This document shows positions 9,936 through 21,397 of a stretch of DNA of 64,000 nucleotides, in pieces. Source of the DNA: Zootoca vivipara. Lineage: Eukaryota. Location: positions 3,658,001-3,722,000 of the forward strand of contig NC_083277.1 of the NCBI RefSeq assembly GCF_963506605.1, in the 5' to 3' direction. The position numbers and the translations under genes were made by a program. Every line of letters begins with the position of its first letter. Position 1 is the stretch's first letter. The notes below the pieces were generated by a model. It was not told where the DNA came from. It worked only from the letters and a program-made list of their open reading frames with translations, and did not search any database.

Positions 9936-12050
9936 CCCTTCATGGATCAATGCCTTGTCGTGGCGAAGGGGCTTGAATAACTCAGAGAAGCTATGAGCTA
10001 TGCCATGCAGGGCCACCCAAGATGGACAGGTCATAGTGGAGAGTTTTGACTAAACGTGATCCACCTGGAGAAGGAACTGGCAAGCCACTCCAGTATCCCT
10101 GCCAAGAAAACTCCATGGACAAAGACAACAGGCATATAAAAGTTATGACGCTGGAAGATGAGCCCCTCAGGTCGGAAGGCGTCCAACATGCTACTGAGGA
10201 AGAGCGGAGGACAAGTACAAGTAGATTCAGAGCTGATGAAGCGGCTGGGCCAAAGCCGAAAGGACGCTCAGTTGCGGATATGCCTGGAAGCGAAAGGAAA
10301 GTCCGATGCTGTAAAGAAAAATATTGCATAGGAACCTGGAATGTAAGAACCATGAGTGGAGGTAAGCTGGATGTGGTCAAAAATGAGATGACAAGAATAA
10401 ATATAGACATCCTGGGCATCAGTGAACTAAAATGGAAGGGAATGGGCGAATTCAGTTCGGGTGACTATCGTATCTACTACTGTGGGCAAGAATCCTGTAG
10501 TAGAAATGGAGTGGCCCTCATAGTCAACAAAAGAGTGGCAAAAGCTGTAATGGGATGCAATCTCAAAAATGACAGAATGATCTCGATACGAATCCAAAAT
10601 TTTAAAAGATACGAATTAAAATTTTAAAAGATGATGCTGTTAAGGTGCTACACCCAATATGCCAGCAAGTTTGGAAAACTCAGCAATGGCCAGAGGATTG
10701 GAGAAGATCAGTCTACATCCCAATTCCAAAGAAGGGCAGTGCCAAAGAATGCTCCAACTACCGCACAATTGCGCTCATTTCACACGCTAGTAAGGTTATG
10801 CTTAAAATTCTACAAGGCAGGCTTAGGCAGTATGTGGACCGAGAACTCCCAGAAGTGCAAGCTGGATTTCAAAAGGGCAGAGGAACCAGAGACCAAATAG
10901 CAAACATGCGCTGGATTATGGAGAAAGCTAGAGAGTTCCAGAAAAACGTCTACTTCTGCTTCATTGACTATGCAAAAGCCTTTGACTGTGTCGACCACAG
11001 CAAACTATGGCAAGTTCTTAAAGAAATGGGAGTGCCTGATCACCTCATCTGTCTCCTGAGAAATCTCTACGTGGGACAAGAAGCTACAGTTAGAACTGGA
11101 TATGGAACAACTGAGTGGTTCAAAATTGGGAAAGGAGTACGACAAGGTTGTATATTGTCTCCCTGCTTATTTAACTTATATGCAGAATTCATCATGCGAA
11201 AGGCTGGACTAGATGAATCCCAAGCCGGAATTAAGATTGCCGGAAGAAATATCAACAACCTCAGATATGCAGATGACACAACCTTGATGGCAGAAAGCGA
11301 GGAGGAATTAAAGAACCTTTTAATGAGGGTGAAAGAGGAGAGCGCAAATTATGGTCTGAAGCTCAACATCAAAAAAACCAAGATCATGGCCACTGGTCCC
11401 ATCACCTCCTGGCAAATAGAAGGGGAAGAAATGGAGGCAGTGAGAGATTTTACCTTCTTGGGCTCCTTGATCACTGCAGATGGTGACAGCAGTCACGAAA
11501 TTAAAAGACGCCTGCTTCTTGGGAGAAAAGCAATGACAAACCTAGACAGCATCATAAAAAGCAGAGACATCACCTTGCCGACAAAGGTCCGTATAGTTAA
11601 AGCTATGGTTTTCCCAGTAGTGATGTATGGAAGTGAGAGCTGGACCATAAAGAAGGCTGATCGCCGAAGAATTGATGCTTTTGAATTATGGTGCTGGAGG
11701 AGACTCTTGAGAGTCCCATGGACTGCTAGAAGATCAAACCTATCCATTCTTAAAGAAATCAGCCCTGAGTGCTCCCTGGAAGGACAGATCGTGAAGCTGA
11801 GGCTCCAATACTTTGGCCACCTCATGAGAAGAGAAGAATCCTTGGAAAAGACCCTGATGTTGGGAAAGATTGAGGGCACTAGGAGAAGGGGACGTCAGAG
11901 GACAAGATGGTTGGACAGTGTTCTCGAAGCTACCAACATGAGTTTGACCAAACTGCGGGAGGCAGTGGAAGACAGGAGTGCCTGGCGTGCTATGGTCCAT
12001 GGGGTCACGAAGAGTCGGACACGACTAAACGACTAAACAACAACAACAAC
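9936..12050 (+). mobile_element. BovB LINE copy 2 with ~1.13-kb internal deletion
   Basis: Intact 5' leader and (CAA)n tail; TSD AATCCTGCAAA at 9924-9934 and 12051-12061; ORF split into 10046-10627 and 10645-12036; inserted into a cassette exon. Confidence 0.96.
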
Positions 12051-12171
12051 AATCCTGCAAACCTAGCGAGGATGGAAGGGGGAAGATGGACGGTTGACTT
12101 GGTCAGGCTGCCTCCTGTATCCCTCCCCAAAACAGTTGAGGATTCCCTCCCAGGACCCTCAGAGAGATCTG
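12051..12171 (+). pseudogene. Cassette exon A1, 3' part (disrupted by BovB copy 2)
   Basis: [16 protein letters not shown]...ERS|G then GTGAGT donor; 5' part at ~9870-9934 lacks the polypyrimidine acceptor. Confidence 0.7.
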
Positions 12172-12404
12172 GTGAGTTTCAGGGGGAAAGAGATGGGGGT
12201 AGGGGGTGGATAGAGAATCTGGTGAGTTTCAGGGGGAAAGAGATGGGGGCAGGGATGGATGGGGCTGGGGGGGGACACATTGGCAAGGTGTTGGACAAAC
12301 TTGTCCCAGGGATCTTTACAAGGTGGCAAAATTCTAAGGCACTAATTCTTATAAGTGTTATATAATAAAATAAAGGCATTTTTCATTTATTTAGTCCATT
12401 TCCA

Positions 12405-13560
12405 GTTCTTTATGTTCTCTTTTATAGGAGAATATACAAGGACTGCGCCAGCCCTCATATAGTGGAATCCAGTTTCGACAGAATCCTGTTAGAATCCTGT
12501 TCTTTTCCAATCTGGGTTTTTTCCTTAGACACTTTATATCCAGCTTCTCCTTAATTATTTAACAATATACGCATTGATCATATTCTTTGGCATGTCATCC
12601 GCATATTGCACCAGGTGATTTCAGGGTGCTGGGCTTTCCATCCCTCTAAGTTCCTTTGCAGCTGTCCTCCATAAAGTGTAGGTGATGCCATAAAACCATA
12701 AAGGTCATCCAGTCCAACCCCCTTTACAATGCAGGGGGTGTTAATCAAACATACATATCAATATCAATGCTTCTATAGTGGCACCCCTGATTTGGAGTTT
12801 TACCTTGGGGTCCCCTTCGTATTTTTCCAGGAGGTGCTGGACCCCTGATTACCCTAATCCTGGAGGGCATCAGCCCTCATAGCTCCTTATCCTCTCCTCT
12901 CCTGCTCCTGTTCCTCTCCAATCTGCCACATCCTCTAACCTTTTACTCTTAGGGTTTTGAAGTGTCAGGCATAGCTGTAGTGGCTTTAGCCCAAACGTAG
13001 CAGAGTTTTCCTGCACAGCGCAGAAGCTAGTTGAGATGGAGATGACTAGTCGGCTAGACGCAGAATAACTATTTACAGGATGTATTAAAAGAAAATGAAA
13101 CTAGCAGAGTTTCTGCATACAACGCAAAGCAAAATAAATCCTTACTCTCTCTCTCCAACCATACGCAGCACTCCTACTCCTAACACCCACAAGAAACAAC
13201 TGTGCTAGCATTCCTAGATAACAGAGTTCAGTGCTGGTCATCAACCAATCAGAGAGTTGTAGCCAGGCCAGGCAGACCATGGCTTTCTGCCAAGAGTAAA
13301 TTGACACTGCCTTGAGTTAATTGTGTGAAGTAAGAACCTGTAAGTTTCCCATGAGAACCAAATATCAGAAACCGAACATTTACAACATTCGCTTTTCCAA
13401 TCTCCTGTCTGCTTGCAATAGGCGCAAACATTCCTTTCCCCCAGTCTTGTCCATCTCACTGCCTTGAGCCTCTTGCTGCCATCATCTTGTCTTGGCGCTT
13501 CTCTGCCTTTTTACTTTCCTCTTTTCAAAACAGCTCCTTCTCACATCCGTCCTTAAACTC
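12405..13560 (-). mobile_element. Degenerate class-I ERV gag/pol remnant (paralogs ~25560-26720 +, ~31780-32150 -, ~42930-44310 -)
   Basis: Gag knuckle CAYCKQTG.WK.EC; RT fragments LVQYADD (26577-26600) and KAQIGKEQVIFIGY..LTGFC; protease-like LLGRDILTKLQA near 43650-43685 on minus. Confidence 0.7.
12976..13384 (-). mobile_element. Solo LTR within the ERV remnant (paralog 25802-26214, +)
   Basis: TGTAAA...CACTACA termini; AATAAA in the paralog near 26104; segment absent from unit C at ~44130; no clear TSD. Confidence 0.55.
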
Positions 13561-13994
13561 ACAATGAAAGACAAACTGACTTCCTGCAGGCTTTCTATTC
13601 TAGTCTTCCTTCTTACAATCGTACAACCATTTTGTTACAATACACCAGTTCTGACCTCTAACATTCCCTTGACTATTCTCACCACTTTCCACATCACATC
13701 CTGCCACAATCTCTTCATGGGAATCGATCCCCTTTCAAGGTCTCCTTTTTATTTCCCTTGTGAATTAAAATTGGATCACAGACTCCAGAGATGGCCAGTC
13801 TCATAAGTTAGAACTGTGAATCCATTCTCCTTTACAATGCAAAGTCAAAACAATTCGAGGTCATTTTAATACCATAATTTCCGTCCTTTGATCCGGATCC
13901 GCAGATTGTGTTCAGGACAGGTGGCTAAGGACAGTTCTCACTCAGTTACTGCCTTCAGTGGGATGAACCTTCGGGGTTCTTGGATTGAACCTCA

Positions 13995-14234
13995 CCAGTG
14001 TGGTGCAGTGGTTAAGAGCGGTAGACTCGTAATCTGGGGAACCGGGTTCGCGTCTCCACTCCTCCACATGCAGCTGCTGGGTGACCTTGGGCTAGTCACA
14101 CTTCTTTGAAGTCTCTCAGCCCCACTCACCTCACAGAGTGTTTGTTGTGGGGGAGGAAGGGAAAGGAGATTGTTCGCCGCTTTGAGACTTCATTCGGGTA
14201 GTGATAATGCGGGATATCAAATCTAAACTCTTCT
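13995..14234 (+). mobile_element. tRNA-derived SINE (Squam3-like)
   Basis: A-box TGGTGCAGTGG, B-box GGTTCGCGTC, conserved body, TCT tail; empty site at ~44745. Confidence 0.8.
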
Positions 14235-14403
14235 ACCCTTCTCGGTCAATCCCTGCTCCCCAGCAGTGGTCAAGTATCTTGAACTGTCCTCCCCTGCTCT
14301 GAGACCTTTTTAATTTGTTGTTTCTGTTCCGCGTGTCCAGAGTGTACTTACAGCCAACACCTCCACATCCAGAGTCCCTAGTCCAGAACTGATCAGTGTA
14401 GAG

Positions 14404-14649
14404 CATGGGTAGGCAAACTAAGGCCCAGGGGCCACATCCGGCCCATTCGCCTTCTAAATCGGCCCATGGATGGTCTGGGAATCAGCGTGTTTTTACATGA
14501 GTAGAATGTGTGCTTTTATTTAAAATGCATCTCTGGGTTATTTGTTGGGCGTAGGAATCCGTTCATTTTTTCTTTTTTCAAAATATAGTCCGCTCCCCTC
14601 CCCCCAGACAGTGGACTGGCCCCTTGCTGAAAAAGTTTGCTGACCCCTG
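14404..14649. mobile_element. hAT MITE (duplicated with the unit at 25074-25331 and 45046-45301)
   Basis: CATGGGTAGGCAAAC / GTTTGCTGACCCCTG TIRs; 8-bp TSD GTGTAGAG. Confidence 0.85.
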
Positions 14650-15479
14650 GTGTAGAGTCTCACAGGTGTCCCCTTTTGAGGTCCCAGCAGCGACGGAACT
14701 CCGTCGGACCGGTCATGCGCTAAAGGTGTCATCCGGGCTTCGCCAGGTGAGGTTGGCGATCTGGGTTTACCTGCCTGCATGCTCTGCCAAAATTGTTGGA
14801 CAAATTTTGTCCCAAGGAATCTTTACCCAGAGGGCGTCAATTGACTCATTTTAAGGGTCTCCAGCAATTAAACTCAGGTTGTAAATCATTCTTGTGCGTT
14901 GATAAACAGTTCTGCAAAGGGGCCCCGCCATTGGGCTGTTTGTGATATTCTTTGCTCACAGAACCTTAAGGCAGGCATGGTCATTTTTACTATTCCTTCC
15001 TTAAGAATAAAATTCATCTTTATTCATTTCTTCCACATTGGGGGAGGACCTAGCAGCCAGCAGAGTGGCTGGGGAAACCCTGCCAGATGGGCGGGGGATA
15101 ATAATAATTATTGTTATTGCTGTGTTGTTGTTGTTGTTGTTGTTGTTGTTTTGAAGTCACTGGGAGCTTGTGGCCAGGGTGGCTGCAGTGCCAAAACTCC
15201 CATCTAACAGAGATATAAGTAGATGCAAAATGCATGACTCTAGTCATGGTGATGATGTTATTTATATCCCACCCATCTGGCTGGGTTTCCCCAGTCACAC
15301 TAGGTGGCAGGGTTTTATTGCAAAGTGTGTTTCAAGAGGAAGGTCCCCCTCTTTCACCATGGAAACTGTGTGTGGTAACTCCACACACAGGGAGACTTGC
15401 TCTTCAACAGCTAAACCTCTGGGGCAGGAAAACACTTGCAGGGTCTCTGAAGCTCCTTTTGTTTATTCCTCCCTCCCAG

Positions 15480-16187
15480 GACCCTGCAGCTTGCTTTGGC
15501 ATGTGAGCGCCTCACGAAGGGTGGAAGAGGTTGATTCTGCAAACCTGGCGAGGATGGAAGGGGGAAGATGGACAGTTGACTTGGTCAGGCTGCCTCCTGC
15601 ATCCCTCCCCAAAACAGTTGAGGATTCCCTCCCAGGACCCTCAGAGAGATCTGGTGAGTTTCAGGGGGAAAGAGATGGGGGTAGGGGGTGGATAGAGACA
15701 GGAGGGGGAAAACACATTGGCAAGGGGTGAAGATGGAGAGGAGAGAAAATGCAGGAAGAAGGAAGCAGGGAGGCCTTCTCCCATGCTCCTCTTTGTTTCT
15801 GGAATCTGCTTTCATAGTGTAGCCAGAAACCTTTTTCATCTCACAGGATTTCAATTTTACATGTTTCCACCCCCCCCCCCAACTACATGATTTGATGATG
15901 ATGATGATGATGACCTAAACTAATACAGAAATAGGGGTAAAGGGTGTTATGAAAATGCTTCCAGTAATTATAGATTATTTATTTATTTGAAGCACCTCTA
16001 CCGCTTTTATTTTTTCTAGACAATTATAATTATGTAATGTATATATCGCCCCTCATACAAAGTTGTTCCTTGAAACCCTAAAAGCATTTCCCCCCTTTGC
16101 TCCAAAGCAGATAATCAACAGAATCAACAGATAATCAACAGAACTCTGCAGAATGTGGAATGAGCTTCATTGCTGGTGGAGACCTTT
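15480..16187 (+). pseudogene. ZNF unit A: cassette exon 15480-15653 plus stump of ZNF exon from 16111, truncated by BovB copy 3
   Basis: Acceptor CCCAG|, donor G|GTGAGT; ZNF acceptor AAAGCAG| with a 20-bp duplication; [13 protein letters not shown] then BovB tail. Confidence 0.8.
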
Positions 16188-19065
16188 GTTGTTGTTTAGT
16201 CGTTTAGTCGTGTCCGACTCTTCGTGACCCCATGGACCAGAGCACGCCAGGCACTCCTGTCTTGCACTGCCTTCCGCAGTTTGGTCAAACTCATGTTCGT
16301 AGCTTCGAGAACACTGTCCAACCATCTTGTCCTCTGTCGTCCCCTTCTCCTAGTGCCCTCAATCTTTCCCAACATCAGGGTCTTTTCCAAGGATTCTTCT
16401 CTTCTCATGAGGTGGCCAAAGTATTGGAGCCTCAGCTTCACGATCTGTCCTTCCAGGGAGCACTCAGGGCTGATTTCCTTAAGAATGGATAGGTTTGATC
16501 TTCTAGCAGTCCATGGGACTCTCAAGAGTCTCCTCCAGCACCATAATTCAAAAGCATCAATTCTTCGGCGATCAGCCTTCTTTATGGTCCAGCTCTCACT
16601 TCCAAGGATTGTGTCATCTGCATATCTGAGGTGGTTGATATTTCTTCCAGCAATCTTAATTCCGGCTTGGGATTCATCTAGTCCAGCCTTTCGCATGATG
16701 AATTCTGCATATAAGTTAAATAAGCAGGGAGACAATATACAACCTTGTCGTACTCCTTTCCCAATTTTGAACCAATCAGTTGTTCCATATCCAGTTCTAA
16801 CTGTAGCTTCTTGTCCCACGTAGAGATTTCTCAGGAGACAGATGAGGTGATCAGGCACTCCCATTTCTTTAAGAACTTGCCATAGTTTGCTGTGGTCGAC
16901 ACAGTCAAAGGCTTTTGCATAGTCAATGAAGCAGAAGTAGACGTTTTTCTGGAACTCTCTAGCTTTCTCCATAATCCAGCGCATGTTTGCTATTTGGTCT
17001 CTGGTTCCTCTGCCCTTTCGAAATCCAGCTTGCACTTCTGGGAGTTCTCGGTCCGCATACTGCCTAAGCCTGCCTTGTAGAATTTTGAGCATAACCTTGC
17101 TAGCGTGTGAAATGAGCGCAATTGTGCGGTAGTTGGAGCATTCTTTGGCACTGCCCTTCTTTGGAATTGGGATGTAGACTGATCTTCTCCAATCCTCTGG
17201 CCATTGCTGAGTTTTCCAAACTTGCTGGCATATTGGGTGTAGCACCTTAACAGCATCATCTTTTAAAATTTTAAATAGTTCAGCTGGAATATCATCACTT
17301 CCACTGGCCTTGTTATTAGCAGTGCTTTCTAAGGCCCATTTGACTTCACTCTCCAAGATGTCTGGCTCAAGGTCAGCAACCACACTACCTGGGGTGTACG
17401 AGACCTCCATATCTTTCTGGTATAATTCCTCTGTGTATTCTTGCCACCTCTTCTTGATGTCTTCTGCTTCTGTTAGGTCCTTACCACTTTTGTCCTTGAT
17501 TATGGTAATCTTTGTACGAAATGTTCCTTTCATATCTCCAATTTTCTTGAACAGATCTCTGGTTTTCCCCATTCTATTGTTTTCCTCTATTTCTTTGCAT
17601 TGCTCATTTAAGAAGACCCTCTTGTCTCTCCTTGCTGCTTTTTGGAAATCTGCATTCAGTTTCCTGTATCTTTCCCTATCTCCCTTGCATTTTGCTTGCC
17701 TCCTCTCCTCCGCTATTTGTAAGGCCTCGTTGGACAGCCATTTTGCTTTCTTGCATTTCCTTTTCCTTGGGATGGTTTTCGTTGCTGCCTCCTGTATAAT
17801 GTTACGAGCCTCCATCCATAGTTCTTCAGGCACTCTGTCCACCAAATCTAAATCCTTAAACCTGTTCCTCACTTCCACTGTGTATTCATAAGGGATTTGA
17901 TTCAGATTGTATCTTACTGGCCCAGTGGTTTTTCCTAATTTCTTCAGTTTAAGCTGGAATTTTGCTATAAGAAGCTGATGATCTGAGTTACAGTCAGCTC
18001 CAGGTCTTGTTTTTGCTGACTGTATAGAGCTTCTCCATCTTTGGCTGCAGAGAATATAATCAATCTGATTTCGATGCTGCCCATTTGGTGATATCCATGT
18101 GTAGAGTCGTCTCTTGTGTTGTTGGAAGAGAGTGTTTGTGATGACCAGCTTGTTCTCTTGACAGAACTCTATTAGCCTTTGCCCTGCTTCATTTTGAACT
18201 CCAAGGCCAAACTTGCCAGTTATTCCTTTTATCTCTTGATTCCCTACTTTAGCATTCCAATCCCCTGTAATGAGAAGAACATCCTTCTTTGGTGTCATTT
18301 CTAGAAGGTGTTGTAGGTCTTCATAGAATTGGTCAATTTCACTTTCTTCAGCACCGGTAGTTGGTGCATAAACTTGGATTACTGTGATGTTAAAAGGTCT
18401 GCCTTGGATTCGTATCGAGATCATTCTGTCATTTTTGAGATTGCATCCCATTACAGCTTTTGCCACTCTTTTGTTGACTACGAGGGCCACTCCATTTCTT
18501 CTATGGGATTCTTGCCCACAGTAGTAGATATGATAGTCATCCGAACTGAATTCGCCCATTCCCTTCCATTTTAGTTCACTGATGCCCAGGATGTCGATAT
18601 TTATTCTTGTCATCTCATTTTTGACCACATCCAGCTTACCTCCATCCATGGTTCTTACATTCCAGGTTCCTATGCAATATTTTTCTTTACAGCATCGGAC
18701 TTTCCTTTCGCTTCCAGGCATATCCGCAACTGAGCGTCCTTTCGGCTTTGGCCCAGCCGCTTCATCAGCTCTGAATCTACTTGTACTTGTCCTCCGCTCT
18801 TCCTCAGTAGCATGTTGGACGCCTTCCGAACTGAGGGGCTCATCTTCCAGCGTCATAACTTTTATATGCCTGTTGTCTTTGTCCATGGAATTTTCTTGGC
18901 AGGGATACTGGAGTGGCTTGCCAGTTCCTTCTCCAGGTGGATCACGTTTAGTCAAAACTCTCCACTATGACCTGTCCATCTTGGGTGGCCCTGCATGGCA
19001 TAGCTCATAGCTTCTCCGAGTTATTCAAGCCCCTTCGCCACGACAAGGCATTGATCCATGAAGGG
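16188..19065 (-). mobile_element. BovB LINE copy 3, in-frame RT deletion, no TSD
   Basis: ORF 16196-18955 (919 aa) lacks 114 aa directly after YADDT; left and right flanks are unrelated parts of the unit. Confidence 0.95.
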
Positions 19066-20700
19066 GAGCTCCTTCCTTAGAAAGGCTTAGGTTCATTCTT
19101 CCTATCCCTGGCGGGTGTAAATGACTGCCGCCTTCTCTCTGCTTTGGTGGCTTTAATACAGGGGACCCAAACTAAGGCCCGGGGGCCGGATGCGGCCCAA
19201 TCGCCTTCTCAATCCACCCCGCGGACAATCCGGGAATCAGCATATTTTTACATGAGCAGAATGTGTGCTTTTATTTAAAATGCATCTCTGGGTTATTTGT
19301 GGGGCATAGGGATTATTTGTTCATATTTTCCCCCCAAAATATAGTCCGGCCCGCCCACAAGGTTTGAGGGACAGTGGACCGGCCCCCTGCTAAAAAAGTT
19401 TGCTGACCCCTGGTTTAATATGTTGCACAGCAGGAGCCACCTCCTAGGAGCCGTGGGGGCTTCATTCCCACCCCCAATAAAATATTTGAGAGGGCCGGGT
19501 CCTTCCCCTCAATTTGATGGGCATTGCCATTCAAATGGGGTGTGTGCACTGCGTCATGTGATCAATTATGCAGGACGGAGATTACCTGGACCCCCACAAT
19601 ATTTTCTTCATTAGTTGCATTGTTTTTACATTGGCAACCTGCCTTTCCTACAAGCAGCTCGGGGCAATGTACACACTTCTTCTCCCCCCTCTCCATCTTA
19701 TTCCCACAACCAACCTGTGACAGGGGTGTAGCAGGGGGGTGATGCCAGCAGGGCAGTGGCCCCGGGGAAGATTTTTGAGGGGGCACAAAGCAGGCACTGT
19801 CTGCAGGCGCCCCCAGCGCAGCCCAACACTCCTCTGCCATAGTTGGAGGAACCAACCAACCATGGAGGTTTTGTTTTTAAATTATTTATGCTTTTCAGAT
19901 TTATACATTTCATCAAATTTACAATCATCTTAAGATTTCAAAACTTGACTTTCCTCCCTCTCTTTCCGCTGTTCCTTAAATTTATTTTTCATATCTTCTG
20001 CATATCCAAACTGTCTTAAATTGCTCATTTATTCATCCACCTTACAAATATACACTTATAATACTGCAGGTTATTACAATAATCCTATGAATGTTCTTAC
20101 TGTATCTGTTTACAGTTTATCTGTAAATAGTCAATAAACCATTTCCATTCTTTTTTAAAAAGTTGTTTTCTTGATTTCTTATTCTGTTAAGTTTCACCAT
20201 TTCTGCATCTATATAAATAAAAATGTAAGTGTCCGTCGGTGCCCGTCCCGAAATCTCCTAAACCACTTGACCGATTGACGTGAAATCTTGACACAATGTT
20301 CCGGTCCAATATGCGTGTGTTTGCATACACTTAGATTATATAGCTGTTACTCCTGTCACAGGTAAAAACATGATTTTACTCCCTATGTTGGACGTAAAGA
20401 AAATAGCTCCCTCTGGTGGACGTCAAAGGAACAGACACTATAGTAAAACAAAGGAGAGATGAGTCAAGATAATGACTGTCCACGTGCTCCATTATCCAAT
20501 GAAAGTAAACACGCAGCTGGCCAAAACTCTGTGCTAACACTGAGGAGCAAAAAAAAAAAAAAACCCAGCAGACAAAAATACCTCCAGCGGAAACTAAACA
20601 TCTGCCCTTAAGGAAGAGAGCCAACTGAATAAAGCGGTGAGAGGGATTTGCCAGAACACGCGTGGGTGGGGGAGTCTTTTTTGCGAGGGGGAGAGAAAGT
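19066..20700 (-). repeat. Inverted paralog of ~38240-39648 (region upstream of unit C promoter)
   Basis: Reverse complement matches from GCAGCTCCTTCCTTAGAAAGG through the L1/Helitron block. Confidence 0.85.
19159..19412. mobile_element. hAT MITE (independent insertion)
   Basis: CAGGGG...CCCCTG ends; TSD CTTTAATA/GTTTAATA; empty site in paralog at ~39560. Confidence 0.85.
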
Positions 20701-20950
20701 GCGCTTGGGGTGGTGGGTGTCATCACGCGGGGGGAGAGGACATCACATGGCGGGAGAACAGACACAGGGGTGTCGCAACATCATGCAGCTGGGGTGGGGA
20801 ACAGGGACGCTGAGCGGAGGAGGCCCATGACTGAGCCACAGCAGCGCGTGGTCGGGTACAGCTAGTATTCCATAAGTTTTTGTATCCATTCTTCCTTTGC
20901 TGGGACTTCTTTCCATTTTGGGGCAAGTAAAATTCTATATAGTTTCTATA
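19880..20950 (-). mobile_element. L1-type LINE 3' fragment, split by a Helitron
   Basis: Degenerate minus-strand ORF2 C-terminus (..EEWIQKLMEYAEMVKLT..KEWKWFIDYLQ) followed by an A-rich tail. Confidence 0.6.
20208..20865 (+). mobile_element. Non-autonomous Helitron (3'-truncated paralog ~38240-38727, -)
   Basis: 5' TC, 3' hairpin CCAC..GTGG then CTAG; inserted between host A and T (TTCTGCA|TATTCC) without TSD. Confidence 0.85.
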
Positions 20951-20952
20951 GT

Positions 20953-21395
20953 TTCTTCTTCTTCTTTGGCAATCACTCGTAGCCAAGTAAGATTGTCTTC
21001 CAAAAATATGGTTTTAACAATGAGGCCGTAGGTGACTGTGGAGGCCAATTCTGGATCCACACATCCTTCCACAGTGAGGACATTGGTTTCCGAGCAGGAG
21101 TTGATCATGGTGTGGATTTGCCAAGCATTCTTTCCTCTTAGCACGTTTCTCCCATGCGTTCTGAGATCGAGTGTCTTCAAAGTCCACAACACCTCTGGTA
21201 AAGGCTGTTCTCCAACTGGAGCGCTCGCAGGCCAGTGTTTCCCAGTTGTCAGTATTTAGTAAAAAAATTCTTTAATGTCTTCATCAGCATCCAGTGTTGG
21301 TGCATAAGCGCTTATAATAGTACCTGTTGGTTTTTGGAGAGCTTTATTCAAAGGGCTGAGAGTTGCTCATTAATGCCAGTAGGGACTTCTGTCGG
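20953..21395 (-). mobile_element. Non-BovB RTE LINE fragments (others ~38107-38235 + and ~62090-62218 -)
   Basis: (GAA)n tail; endonuclease piece IISAYAPTLDADEDIKE; at 38.1 kb WTGHVVR.PD..LPKQLLYSEL. Confidence 0.65.
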
Positions 21396-21397
21396 TT

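Larger units (their letters stand above)
8577..16187 (+). repeat. Left arm of large inverted segmental duplication (partner ~23705-29403)
   Basis: Colinear reverse-complement homology apart from private insertions (BovB copy 2 and Squam3 on the left, Tigger-like element on the right) and indels. Confidence 0.9.

Noticed and set aside
12164-12250. ~49-bp tandem duplication of the cassette donor region
   Set aside because: Local slippage beside an already disrupted exon; no sign of function.
11907-12365. ORF running from the BovB tail (poly-N) into the cassette peptide
   Set aside because: Starts in a non-coding frame of BovB; chance result of the insertion.
13995-14070. tRNA-like A/B boxes (four copies)
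   Set aside because: Heads of SINEs with shared body and tail, not tRNA genes.
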